This document shows, in pieces, positions 10,435 to 19,229 of a DNA stretch of 52,402 nucleotides (within the stretch, counting starts at the first letter, position 1; each line of letters begins with the position of its first letter). The translations under genes and the position numbers were made by a program. The notes under the pieces were generated by a model. The model saw only the letters and a list, made by a program, of their open reading frames with translations, was not told where the DNA came from and made no database searches. The DNA lies in assembly GCA_038139415.1 (NCBI GenBank), contig JAYOSV010000003.1:1-52402 (forward strand), read 5' to 3'. Origin of the DNA: Verrucomicrobiales bacterium. GTDB lineage: Bacteria; Verrucomicrobiota; Verrucomicrobiia; Limisphaerales; UBA1100.

Positions 10435-11954
10435 AAATAAAAATCTTTTCTCTGACATTTTTTGTTTTTTGCTTCTCAGCATTTGCTGCAGATAGACCAA
10501 ACATTCTTTTCATCCTTGCTGACGACCTCGGCTATGGCGATGTCGGCTGTTACAACGCGCAGTCCAAGGTGCCCACTCCGCATCTGGATCGGTTAGCGAA
10601 GGAGGGCATTCGGTTTACCGACGCTCACAGTCCCTCGACAGTTTGCACCCCCACACGCTACAGCGTGCTCACCGGCCGCATGGCGTTCCGGCTGAATTAT
10701 CGCGGAGTGTTTACCGGCGTGGGCGGGCCGTGCCTGATCAATCCCGGCCGTATGACGCTAGCCAGTTTGTTGAAACAACAGGGCTACGCCACGGCCATGT
10801 TCGGCAAATGGCACGTGGGCTTGACGGCTTTTGACAAAGAGGGCAAACCCATTCACCAAAACGGGTTGCCGGCTGTGCAGCGGATGGATTACGCACGCCC
10901 GATCAAAGGCGGGCCGCTGGATCACGGCTTCGAACAGTTTTTTGGAACGGCCTCGTGTCCGACGACCGATTGGCTGTACGCCTATATTGATGGCGATAAA
11001 ATTCCCGTACCGCCCACGCGCATTGTGGATCGCGGGCCGCTGCCCAAGCATCCGTACTCACGCGACAACCGCCCTGGCATGATCGCGCCGGATTTCGATC
11101 TGGAAGAGGTCGACCTCGTATTCCTCAAGAAGAGCCAGGAATTCCTCGCGCAACATTCAAAGGACTCCCCCGACAAACCTTTCTTTCTCTTTCACTCCAT
11201 GCAGGCCGTGCATCTGCCGTCCTTTCCGGGTGACGCGTTCAAGGGTAAGACCAAGGCCGGGCCACACGGCGATTTCATTTTTGAAATGGACCACATCGTC
11301 GGCGAACTGATGAAGACGCTGGAGCAGCACGACCTCGCCAAGAACACGCTTGTTATTTTCTCTAGCGACAACGGCCCCGAGGTGCCCACCACAATCGCCA
11401 TGCGACGCGATCACCAACACGATGGGGCTCGTCCGTGGCGTGGTGTGAAGCGCGATCAATGGGAAGGCGGCCATCGCGTGCCGTTCATTGCCCGCTGGCC
11501 CGGCCGCATCCCCGCCGGTCGCACGGCCGATCAAACTATTTGCCTGACCGACCTTTTTGCCACCGCCGCTGCGATCACGGATTTCAAGCTGCCCAACAAT
11601 GCCGGTGAGGATAGTTTTAATCTACTCCCCGCACTGCTCGGCGGCCGCGAGCCGGTGCGTGAATACACCTTGCACCAAACCATCAGCCTTGCGCTGGCCA
11701 TCCGCCATGGCGATTGGAAGTATCTCGATCATCAGGGCTCCGGCGGCAACAACTACCATCGGAGCGGCGAGTGGGGCATGAAACAGTATGCCTTGCCCGA
11801 GAAAGCACCGAGCGCGGCGGGGCAATTGTACAACCTCAAAACGGACCCGGGCGAAACGACCAATCTGTACCTCGAAGAAACCGAGCGTGCCCAAACACTC
11901 AAGACCAAGCTCGAGGAATTCAAACGCACTGGCCGCAGTGCGCCACGGAATTAG
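10431..11954 (+). CDS. Exported arylsulfatase (S1, Cys-type)
   Basis: Signal peptide, PNILFILADDLG, CTPTRYSVLTGR, GKWHVG, SSDNG, WEGGHRVP. Confidence 0.92.
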   Translation: MKIKIFSLTFFVFCFSAFAADRPNILFILADDLGYGDVGCYNAQSKVPTPHLDRLAKEGIRFTDAHSPSTVCTPTRYSVLTGRMAFRLNYRGVFTGVGGPCLINPGRMTLASLLKQQGYATAMFGKWHVGLTAFDKEGKPIHQNGLPAVQRMDYARPIKGGPLDHGFEQFFGTASCPTTDWLYAYIDGDKIPVPPTRIVDRGPLPKHPYSRDNRPGMIAPDFDLEEVDLVFLKKSQEFLAQHSKDSPDKPFFLFHSMQAVHLPSFPGDAFKGKTKAGPHGDFIFEMDHIVGELMKTLEQHDLAKNTLVIFSSDNGPEVPTTIAMRRDHQHDGARPWRGVKRDQWEGGHRVPFIARWPGRIPAGRTADQTICLTDLFATAAAITDFKLPNNAGEDSFNLLPALLGGREPVREYTLHQTISLALAIRHGDWKYLDHQGSGGNNYHRSGEWGMKQYALPEKAPSAAGQLYNLKTDPGETTNLYLEETERAQTLKTKLEEFKRTGRSAPRN

Positions 11955-11987
11955 CGGTTGCGCTCGTTGGTGTATATGACAGAATTG

Positions 11988-12018
11988 AAAAACCCCGCCG
12001 CACCAAAGGTCCGACGGG
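11988..12018 (-). terminator. Probable Rho-independent terminator for the minus-strand gene pair
   Basis: Minus strand reads CCCGTCG-G-ACC-TTT-GGT-G-CGGCGGG followed by GTTTTT. Confidence 0.5.
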
Positions 12019-12097
12019 CTACCCAACCTGTAATGCCCCCCCCATGTTCCTCCATCGGAGGGCTTACTTTTTTAAACGTAATTCCCGTGTAGAGGTT

Positions 12098-12727
12098 TCA
12101 GTCTTTCTCGGTTTCGCCTGTTTTCGGCACAGGCTTCGGCGCTTGGGGAGGATCAGGCGTGGTCACTTCGTTGGTGCGCCCGAGCAACCCCATCGCCTCA
12201 TTGCGGGCATGGGATAGCGCTTCGGGTGAGAAATTTTCCGGCGGCGTACGCAAGGCCTGCCGCGCATTCCGATGGCCGTTGGCGGAGGCGATGTGAAACC
12301 ACACATAAGCCTGATGCCAATCGGGGGGTTGATTGGTGAAATAATTTACGCCGCGCAAAAACTGTTCGTGGGCGAGCACTTCGAGATTTTTCCAGGTTTG
12401 GAGCTGGCCTTTGAAATTCCAGTCGCGCCGAACAACCATGTGGCCATCTTGAAACCGGTATTCGGTGCGCGGCACGCCGTTGGTGTACCATGAACGTTGC
12501 AGGAGGCGAAGGCCATTGGTGTACACGGCCTCGTGGCTGGGGGCGCCATTGACGTGTTGCCGGGCCAGAGTGCCGGTGAATGGGGTCGTGGCGCCCGGTT
12601 TAAAAAACAGGCCATCACGCTCTTCCAAAGCCAGATTCGCCGGGCGCGTGGGCTCGGTGGAAATCGGTTCGGAATTACACGCCACCAGACCGCCGGCGAG
12701 GGCGGCCAATAAAAAGCACCTCCCCAT
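12098..12727 (-). CDS. Lipoprotein with MORN-variant repeats and a Sel1-like helix pair
   Basis: Start at MGRCFLLAALAGGLVAC (lipobox LVAC). PFTG and WYTNG repeats, QAYVWFHIASANGHRNA, Pro-rich tail. Confidence 0.7.
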   Translation of the reverse strand: MGRCFLLAALAGGLVACNSEPISTEPTRPANLALEERDGLFFKPGATTPFTGTLARQHVNGAPSHEAVYTNGLRLLQRSWYTNGVPRTEYRFQDGHMVVRRDWNFKGQLQTWKNLEVLAHEQFLRGVNYFTNQPPDWHQAYVWFHIASANGHRNARQALRTPPENFSPEALSHARNEAMGLLGRTNEVTTPDPPQAPKPVPKTGETEKD

Positions 12728-12779
12728 GGCGAAAAGGTGTAGCGAAAATCCAATCGTTTGCCGAGCCACAAATGGGGTC

Positions 12780-13226
12780 TCACCGCGGGGAAGCAGGATT
12801 GATAAACCCGATCATGGGCGGCGCAGCCGGGCGCGGGCGCGCATCAAACATCGGATTGCCCGCCGGATCTACGGGCGTGACCGTGACGTTAAACCGGCTC
12901 AACGATTGGTGACGCCAGTCGGCGCGGTTGCGAAAGAGGCCACCGATAAACGGGGTGCGACTGAAGTACGGCACGTTTTGCCGGCTGAATGTACGCAGCG
13001 AATGAGCATGGCTACCAACCTGCATCGGCACGCCTGGATAGGCCTGGAACTGTGTGTTCAAGGCACTGAACGAGGCGGGGCCGTTTTGCCAGCGGCCGGC
13101 GAAGTTTACATCCACCAGACCATTGGCCTGCACAAAAGGCAGCACGGTAAACTGAACCGACTGCTGTGCGCTCAAGCCGGGAGCGAGCAGCCACAGGACC
13201 AGCAGACTGATGGACCAACGATTCAC
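12780..13226 (-). CDS. Small exported protein resembling the C-terminal core of a secretin
   Basis: GTG start 13226 gives signal peptide MNRWSISLLVLWLLAPGLSA. Contains VPYFSRTPFIGGLFRNR and FNVTVTP, with a promoter-like element upstream. Confidence 0.6.
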   Translation of the reverse strand: MNRWSISLLVLWLLAPGLSAQQSVQFTVLPFVQANGLVDVNFAGRWQNGPASFSALNTQFQAYPGVPMQVGSHAHSLRTFSRQNVPYFSRTPFIGGLFRNRADWRHQSLSRFNVTVTPVDPAGNPMFDARPRPAAPPMIGFINPASPR

Positions 13227-13233
13227 TGCGAAA

Positions 13234-13262
13234 AATATGCGTTGAGTCACCCGATTCCGCAA
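13234..13262 (-). promoter_or_regulatory. Sigma70-like promoter, leaderless geometry
   Basis: TTGCGG-N17-CATATT, then 7 nt to GTG 13226. Confidence 0.5.
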
Positions 13263-13264
13263 GC

Positions 13265-13293
13265 TTGCGCGGGCGGGAAATTGGCTCTAGCGT
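13265..13293 (+). promoter_or_regulatory. Sigma70-like promoter, leaderless geometry
   Basis: TTGCGC-N17-TAGCGT, then 6 nt to ATG 13300. Confidence 0.55.
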
Positions 13294-13299
13294 TTCGGC

Positions 13300-14568
13300 A
13301 TGAAATCCTTGGTTTGGCTGATTTTCAGCCTTCTGTTAGTGACGTCCATTTTCGCTCAACCCAAAGGTTATTTGTACGATGAAGCGAAGGTGCCCCACTA
13401 CACCTTGCCAGACCTGCTCACCACCCAAAACGGCGCCACCGTGAAGACGGTGAAGGATTGGGAAGCCAAACGTCGGCCGGAAGTATTGGCCTTGTTTGAG
13501 GAACACATGTACGGACGCGCGCCTGGCCGACCTGCCAAGCTGAGCTTTCAGGTGGTGGAAGAGGCCGAGCGGGTGCTCAACGGTTTGGCTGATCGGCGAC
13601 AGGTGGAGGTGCGGTTTGCGGGTAAGGCGGATGGGCCGCGTATGACCATTCTGATTTATCGCCCCGCCAAAGCGCGCCACGCGGTGCCAGCATTTTTGAC
13701 GTTAAATTTTCGTGGCAACCATACCATCCATCACGATCGAGCGATTCGCTTGCCTCATTCCTGGGTGCGCGGCCGCACCAAAGGTGAGACGGTCAACAAT
13801 CGCGCCACGGAACAGGGCCGCGGAGTTGCCGCCACTCGTTGGGTAGTCGAAAACATTCTCAAACGTGGTTACGCGTTGGCGACCATTTACTATGGCGACA
13901 TTGATCCGGATTTCGACGACGGTTGGCAAAACGGTGTGCACGCCCTGTATCCTAAGCCCAAGCCGGATGAATGGGGCAGCGTGGCAACTTGGGCCTGGGG
14001 CTTGAGCCGGGCGCTGGATTATCTGGAGACCGACCAAACGATCGATGCCAAACGTGTGGCCGTGATGGGCCACTCGCGGCTGGGTAAAACCTCCCTGTGG
14101 GCCGGGGCCAGCGATCCCCGGTTTGCATTGGTGATCTCCAACAACTCCGGCTGCGGCGGCGCGGCCTTGTCCCGTCGCACTTTTGGCGAAACGGTGAAGC
14201 GCATCAACACCAGCTTCCCGCATTGGTTCAATGACAACTTTCAGAAATACAACGGCAACGAAAATGCCTGCCCGGTGGATCAACACATGTTAATCGCGTT
14301 GGCCGCGCCACGGCCGGTGTACATCGCTAGCGCTGTGGAGGATCGCTGGGCCGATCCGCATGGCGAATTCCTATCCGGCCTGCACGCCGATCCGGTTTAT
14401 CAATTGTACAAACTGCCCGGAATGCCCGCGACCAAGCACCCGGCCGTGGATCAGCCTGTGATGGGCACGATCGGCTATCACCTGCGTACGGGGAAACATG
14501 ATGTGACTGATTTTGATTGGGAACAGTACTTGAAATTCGCCGATAAACACTTGAAGGCAAAAAAGTAA
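13300..14568 (+). CDS. Exported carbohydrate esterase family 15 (glucuronoyl esterase-like)
   Basis: Signal peptide, YDEAKVPHYTLPD, WAWGLSRALDYL, nucleophile motif GHSRLGK, SGCGG, PVDQH, DRWADP.GE, GKH. Confidence 0.88.
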   Translation: MKSLVWLIFSLLLVTSIFAQPKGYLYDEAKVPHYTLPDLLTTQNGATVKTVKDWEAKRRPEVLALFEEHMYGRAPGRPAKLSFQVVEEAERVLNGLADRRQVEVRFAGKADGPRMTILIYRPAKARHAVPAFLTLNFRGNHTIHHDRAIRLPHSWVRGRTKGETVNNRATEQGRGVAATRWVVENILKRGYALATIYYGDIDPDFDDGWQNGVHALYPKPKPDEWGSVATWAWGLSRALDYLETDQTIDAKRVAVMGHSRLGKTSLWAGASDPRFALVISNNSGCGGAALSRRTFGETVKRINTSFPHWFNDNFQKYNGNENACPVDQHMLIALAAPRPVYIASAVEDRWADPHGEFLSGLHADPVYQLYKLPGMPATKHPAVDQPVMGTIGYHLRTGKHDVTDFDWEQYLKFADKHLKAKK

Positions 14569-14612
14569 TGGTTTTAGGACAAAAAATTCACACGGTGACG
14601 CTGTCACTTCGG

Positions 14613-14646
14613 TTGCCAGCTGTAACCAAAACGTATAAAATACGTC
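14613..14646 (+). promoter_or_regulatory. Overlapping sigma70-like and ECF-sigma-like promoters
   Basis: TTGCCA-N17-TAAAAT (14613-14641) and TGTAAC-N16-CGTC (14621-14646). Confidence 0.45.
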
Positions 14647-14653
14647 ACCACAG

Positions 14654-15637
14654 ATGAGAATGCCAAAAATCATTGTTACGATCACCGCGCTCTTGGCGCT
14701 GCTCCAGCCTCTGCACGCCGTGGTGCCAGCCTGGGAAAAGGAAGCACCGGAAACCGTCGCCGACCTCTTGGCGATTCAGAAGCAGGTTCAGAAAGTGCTG
14801 CCCAAATGCATGGCCGCAACGGTGACCTTGCAGATGGGCGGCTCCTCCGGTAGCGGCGTGTTGGTCAGCAAGGAGGGCTTGGTGCTGACGGCTGGTCACG
14901 TGTCCGGAAAACCTGGCCGGGCCGTAAAAATCATTCTCGCCGACGGCCGCGAGCTCAAGGGTAAAGCGCTCGGGATGAACGGCAAGACCGATTCCGGTCT
15001 CGTACAAATCACCGATCCGCCTAAAGACCTACCGGTAATCGAATACGACAAAAGCAAAGAAGAACTTCCCGGGATCGGCCAATGGTGCATCGCTGTGGGC
15101 AACCCCGGCGGCTTGGATAAAGACCGTGGAGCGGTCGTACGCGTGGGCCGAATCATCAGCGCCACTAAGGACACTCTGCGCACCGATTGCATGTTGCTGG
15201 GCGGCGATTCGGGCGGACCGTTGTTTGATTTCAACGGGCTAGTGATTGGCATACACAGTCGCATCTCCAGTCGACCGGACCAAAACATGCACGTAGCCAT
15301 GCCCGCCTTTCAGGCGGATTGGGATACCCTGACGAGTAGCAAAGTGATCGGCGGCCGGATCGGCGGCAACCCCCTGCCGGACCGCGCCTTCCTCGGCGTG
15401 TTTACCGAGGATAATGAAAAAGGCGCACTCGTGTTGGAGGTGCGCGAAGATTCACCCGCCGCCAAGGCTGGTATTCAAAAAGACGACATCATCCAAAAAG
15501 TTGACGACACCGAGATCAAGGGTGCGGAGGCGTTAACTGATGAGATTCGTAAAATGAAACCGAAATCCAAGGTTAAGGTCACGCTCCTGCGTGATAGCAA
15601 AGAAAAAGTCCTCGAGGTTGAACTAGGCGCCCGTTAA
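14654..15637 (+). CDS. Exported HtrA-like (S1C) serine protease with one PDZ domain
   Basis: Signal peptide, GSGV, LTAGH (His), TDSGL (Asp), GDSGGPLF (Ser), C-terminal PDZ (FLGV...SPAAKAGI...DII). Confidence 0.9.
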   Translation: MRMPKIIVTITALLALLQPLHAVVPAWEKEAPETVADLLAIQKQVQKVLPKCMAATVTLQMGGSSGSGVLVSKEGLVLTAGHVSGKPGRAVKIILADGRELKGKALGMNGKTDSGLVQITDPPKDLPVIEYDKSKEELPGIGQWCIAVGNPGGLDKDRGAVVRVGRIISATKDTLRTDCMLLGGDSGGPLFDFNGLVIGIHSRISSRPDQNMHVAMPAFQADWDTLTSSKVIGGRIGGNPLPDRAFLGVFTEDNEKGALVLEVREDSPAAKAGIQKDDIIQKVDDTEIKGAEALTDEIRKMKPKSKVKVTLLRDSKEKVLEVELGAR

Positions 15638-15653
15638 ATCCATTCACTGTACC

Positions 15654-16679
15654 ATGAAATTAACACAATTTTTCCCCCTGCTGCTTGGAGCGGCCGTGAC
15701 GATGAACGCCGCCACACTGTCCTCCAAGCTGCGAACCGACGGCACCGAATTGCGCGCCGCTTTTGGTGAAGCTGCTGGCGAGGTGGCCAAGGCTTGTACG
15801 GTGAACATTTACGCTGGCTCCAAGTTTACCGGGCTGGGCACGGTGGTTTCCAGTGACGGCATTGTAGTTGCCAAAAACAGTGAGATTGATGTGGCCGACC
15901 CGGGCACCCTGCGCATCGTAGGCCCGGGCAAACGCATCGGGCGCACCCGCATCCTGGCGCGTGATATCGCCCATGACCTCGTGTTTCTCGATCTGGGCCG
16001 CGAGGTGGACCCCGGTTATGAATGGGGAGACATTACGGCGTTAAACCACGGCACCTGGGTGGTGGCCGGCGTGGCCGGTTCGTCCTCCGGCCCCAGCGTG
16101 CGGGGCGGCGTGTGCAGCGCCATAACACGCGAAATTGAAAAAGCGGGCGGCGTGATCGGGGTCATCCTCGGCGGCAAAGACGGCAAGGGATTTGGCGGTG
16201 TGGAGGTTACCGAGGTGGCCAAGGAAGGCCCGGCTGAAAAGGCGGGAGTGAAAAAAGGTGATGTCATTTTTGCCGTGGACGGAGAAGAAGTATTTGAGCG
16301 ATCCAAGATGATTGAGAAGGTCAAGAGCCACGATCCGGGCACCGCCATCAAGGTGACGCTCAAACGGAACTCCAAGGAGATGGAACTGGAGATTACACTG
16401 GGCTATCGTCAGCAGGTATTTTCCGAACTCAAAAACCGCAACGATCGCATGAGCGGCAAGGTAAGTGTGCGCCGCACAGGCTTCAAGCGGGTGATTCAGC
16501 ATGAGGTTTCCTTGGGACCGCTGGATATGGGCGGCCCGTTGTTTGATCTGGAAGGACGTCTGATCGGTATCAACATCGCCAAGGCCAATCGTGTGGAGTT
16601 CTTTGCAATTCCGGCTTCTGATATCCGGGCAATTTTGGAAGACAAAGCCCGCGTGATCGCTGAAGCCCGCGGCGAATAG
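15654..16679 (+). CDS. Exported trypsin-fold protein with an internal PDZ domain; catalytic residues degenerate
   Basis: GLGTVV, VAKNSE in place of TxxH, PDZ in mid-domain, PLDMGGPLFDLEGRLIGIN in place of GDSGGPL. Confidence 0.8.
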   Translation: MKLTQFFPLLLGAAVTMNAATLSSKLRTDGTELRAAFGEAAGEVAKACTVNIYAGSKFTGLGTVVSSDGIVVAKNSEIDVADPGTLRIVGPGKRIGRTRILARDIAHDLVFLDLGREVDPGYEWGDITALNHGTWVVAGVAGSSSGPSVRGGVCSAITREIEKAGGVIGVILGGKDGKGFGGVEVTEVAKEGPAEKAGVKKGDVIFAVDGEEVFERSKMIEKVKSHDPGTAIKVTLKRNSKEMELEITLGYRQQVFSELKNRNDRMSGKVSVRRTGFKRVIQHEVSLGPLDMGGPLFDLEGRLIGINIAKANRVEFFAIPASDIRAILEDKARVIAEARGE

Positions 16680-16893
16680 GCGAGACCTTATCGCCCGGAT
16701 TTACGCCCCCTAGTTCAGCGGGCTTTTCTTTATAGTCGGCTTCTTTTCCGAGAGCTGGGGGAAATGGCGTTGAAGTGCCACGGCAAATCCCCATAATCGA
16801 ATTGCGTATTATTCGAGCCTTGTTGCGCTCGAAGAGTACACCCTTCTTGGGGGACGGTGTGTCCGGAAAAAACTTTGTGTTTGATGGGGTTGT

Positions 16894-19122
16894 TTACCGC
16901 AAAAACGCCTCGTGGAGACCGCCGTCTACGCTGATGACTTGGCCGCAGGTTTTGTTGAGGCGTTTTGTCAGTAGAAGATAAAACGCTTCGGCCTGGTCTT
17001 CGGGGGTGATCGGGTCGTTGGTCAATGTGCGGCTGGCATAGAATTTGGCTAGCTTGCTGCGCAGGGAATCGTCGCTTTCTTTTTCGGTGTACTTGATTCC
17101 GTATTTGGCGAGGGAGCCAATGACGCGGTCGCGCGGGAACATGCTGCTGCCCTGCACCACGGTGGCCGGAGCCACGGCGTTGACGCGCACGGTGGGGGCC
17201 AGTTCGATGGCCAGTTCGCGGACGAGATGGTTCGCGGCGGCCTTGGAGGTGTCGTAGGCGACGCTTCCTTTCTTGGCGACGACGGCGTTGGCGCTGGTGG
17301 TGAGGATAAGATTGCCGTTGAGGCCCTGCTCGCGCCAGGTGTTGGCGGCTTCGTCGCCGACGATGTAGCTGCCTTTGACGTTGACGCCGAAGGTGAAGTC
17401 CCATTTGTCATCCGGAATGTGGCCGGTGGTGTCGCTGGGCCAGAAAACGCCGGCGGTGACACAGATGCTGTCGAACCCGCCGTAGGCGAGGGCGACGTCA
17501 TCGAGCATGGCGCGCACGCTGGCGCGGTCGGTGATGTTGCAGGCGAGGCCGATGGCGGGTCCGCAGTTGCTAATGCCGCTGCCGGCGATGCCGATGCCCA
17601 CGCCGTATTGGTTGGTGATTTCCTTGGCGGTGGCTTGGGCGGCGGCGAGGTTCATGTCCACGCACACAACATGCGCGCCATCGCGCACCACGCGATGTGC
17701 CACCTCGCGGCCGATGCCGCTGCCGGCGCCGATGACCACGATGACCTGACGCGCGAGTTCCTTCTCGGCAGGCATGCGCTGCAGCTTGGCTTCTTCGAGG
17801 GCCCAATATTCGATGTCGAAGGCTTCCTGTTGCGGGAGGGCGATATATTTATCGATCGCCTCGGCACCGCGCATCACTTCCACGGCGCAGTTGTAAAACT
17901 CCGCGGTCACGCGGCTTTCGCTTTTGTTTTTACCCCACGCAATCATCCCGCAACCGGGGATGAGCATCACCGTGGGGTTCGCATCGCGCATGGCTGGTGA
18001 GCCGGGGCGCTTGCAGTTCTTGTAATAGGTCGCGTAATCCTTGCGGTATTGCTTGAGGCCGGCGGTCAGCTCGGCTTTCAAAGTCTCGACGTATTGATCC
18101 ACAAAGGCGTCGTCGAGCTTCTTGTTTTTCACGGCCTTGAGCGGCACGTAGAGCGGCTTGATCTTGGTGCGCAGGAAGTGGTCCGGACAACTGGTGCCCA
18201 GTTCGGCCAGTCGTCCGGCGTCTTTGCTATTCACAAAACGCAGGATGGTGGCGTCGTCCTGGATGGTGCCGATGAAGCGTTTCTGTTGGCTCACCTGGCC
18301 GCGCAGCCACGGGAGCAGCTTGGCGAACACTTTGCGGCGCACCTTCTCGGGCAACGTGGCGTGTTTCTGGCCGCCAAAGGCTTTCTTGTCGCCGCCCTTT
18401 TTCTTGTAAGCTTTCTCGATGTACGTGGAAGCTTTCTCGATGAGATCCAGCGAGAGATAGTAGCAATCCTTTTCGTCATCAGCCCAGTTGATCAGGCCGT
18501 GTTGGCCGAGCATCACGCCCTTGGCCCGCGGGTTCTTGGCGGAGACCTCCTGCAAGGCGAGGCCGAGCTCGAAGCCCGGACGCAGCCACGGCGTCCAGAC
18601 AATGTCGTCGCCGTACACTTCTTTGGTGATCTTTTTGGAATTCTTGGACGCACAAATGGCGATGGGAGCATTTGGGTGCGTATGATCCACGTGTTTGCCG
18701 GGCACGAACGAGTGCAGCGGCGTGTCGATGGAGGACGCGCGCGGGTTGAGGTTAAAAGTACAGTGTGGATACATCCCCACCATTTCGTCCTCGGCCGGCG
18801 TCTTCGGACCGCGTTTTTTCTTGTTCGCGTAGACGGTTTGCAGTGCGATCAATTTCTCTTGATACAGCGAGGCAAAATTCTCCTTCTTAGATGTACGCAA
18901 ATCGCCGCCGGATCCCTTAACCCAGAGTACTTCGACCTTTTCACCCGTGAGCGGATCGGTCTCCATAATTTTGCTGGAGGTGTTGCCGCCGCCGGTATTG
19001 GTAATGCGCTGGTCGCTACCGAGCTTGTTGGAACGATAGATGAGCCGATTGGCCGGATCCAGTTTCTTGACCTCGCTATCCTTCCAGAGGTCGTTCACGT
19101 ATTTATATTGCTTCTTCGCCAT
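16894..19122 (-). CDS. rhaEW: Bifunctional rhamnulose-1-phosphate aldolase / short-chain (lactaldehyde) dehydrogenase
   Basis: GGGNTSSK, WVKGSGGDL, SIDTPLH, VDHTHP, CPDHFLRTK, YWALEEAKL; SDR motifs GAGSGIG and YDTSK. Confidence 0.9.
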   Translation of the reverse strand: MAKKQYKYVNDLWKDSEVKKLDPANRLIYRSNKLGSDQRITNTGGGNTSSKIMETDPLTGEKVEVLWVKGSGGDLRTSKKENFASLYQEKLIALQTVYANKKKRGPKTPAEDEMVGMYPHCTFNLNPRASSIDTPLHSFVPGKHVDHTHPNAPIAICASKNSKKITKEVYGDDIVWTPWLRPGFELGLALQEVSAKNPRAKGVMLGQHGLINWADDEKDCYYLSLDLIEKASTYIEKAYKKKGGDKKAFGGQKHATLPEKVRRKVFAKLLPWLRGQVSQQKRFIGTIQDDATILRFVNSKDAGRLAELGTSCPDHFLRTKIKPLYVPLKAVKNKKLDDAFVDQYVETLKAELTAGLKQYRKDYATYYKNCKRPGSPAMRDANPTVMLIPGCGMIAWGKNKSESRVTAEFYNCAVEVMRGAEAIDKYIALPQQEAFDIEYWALEEAKLQRMPAEKELARQVIVVIGAGSGIGREVAHRVVRDGAHVVCVDMNLAAAQATAKEITNQYGVGIGIAGSGISNCGPAIGLACNITDRASVRAMLDDVALAYGGFDSICVTAGVFWPSDTTGHIPDDKWDFTFGVNVKGSYIVGDEAANTWREQGLNGNLILTTSANAVVAKKGSVAYDTSKAAANHLVRELAIELAPTVRVNAVAPATVVQGSSMFPRDRVIGSLAKYGIKYTEKESDDSLRSKLAKFYASRTLTNDPITPEDQAEAFYLLLTKRLNKTCGQVISVDGGLHEAFLR

Positions 19123-19229
19123 GGGAAAAAATCGGAGCGCCAGTTCTCAGGGAAAATGGCCTTCGATTCAAGCCAATAGAAAAACTCCGTGTTTCCGCGT
19201 GTGAATTAACACGCACGCGGTGGCGCGCC

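Noticed and set aside
16755..16795. c-di-GMP riboswitch suggested by GGCAAA within a stem
   Set aside because: The GNRA-capped P2 and the remaining consensus are missing, and the site lies between convergent 3' ends.
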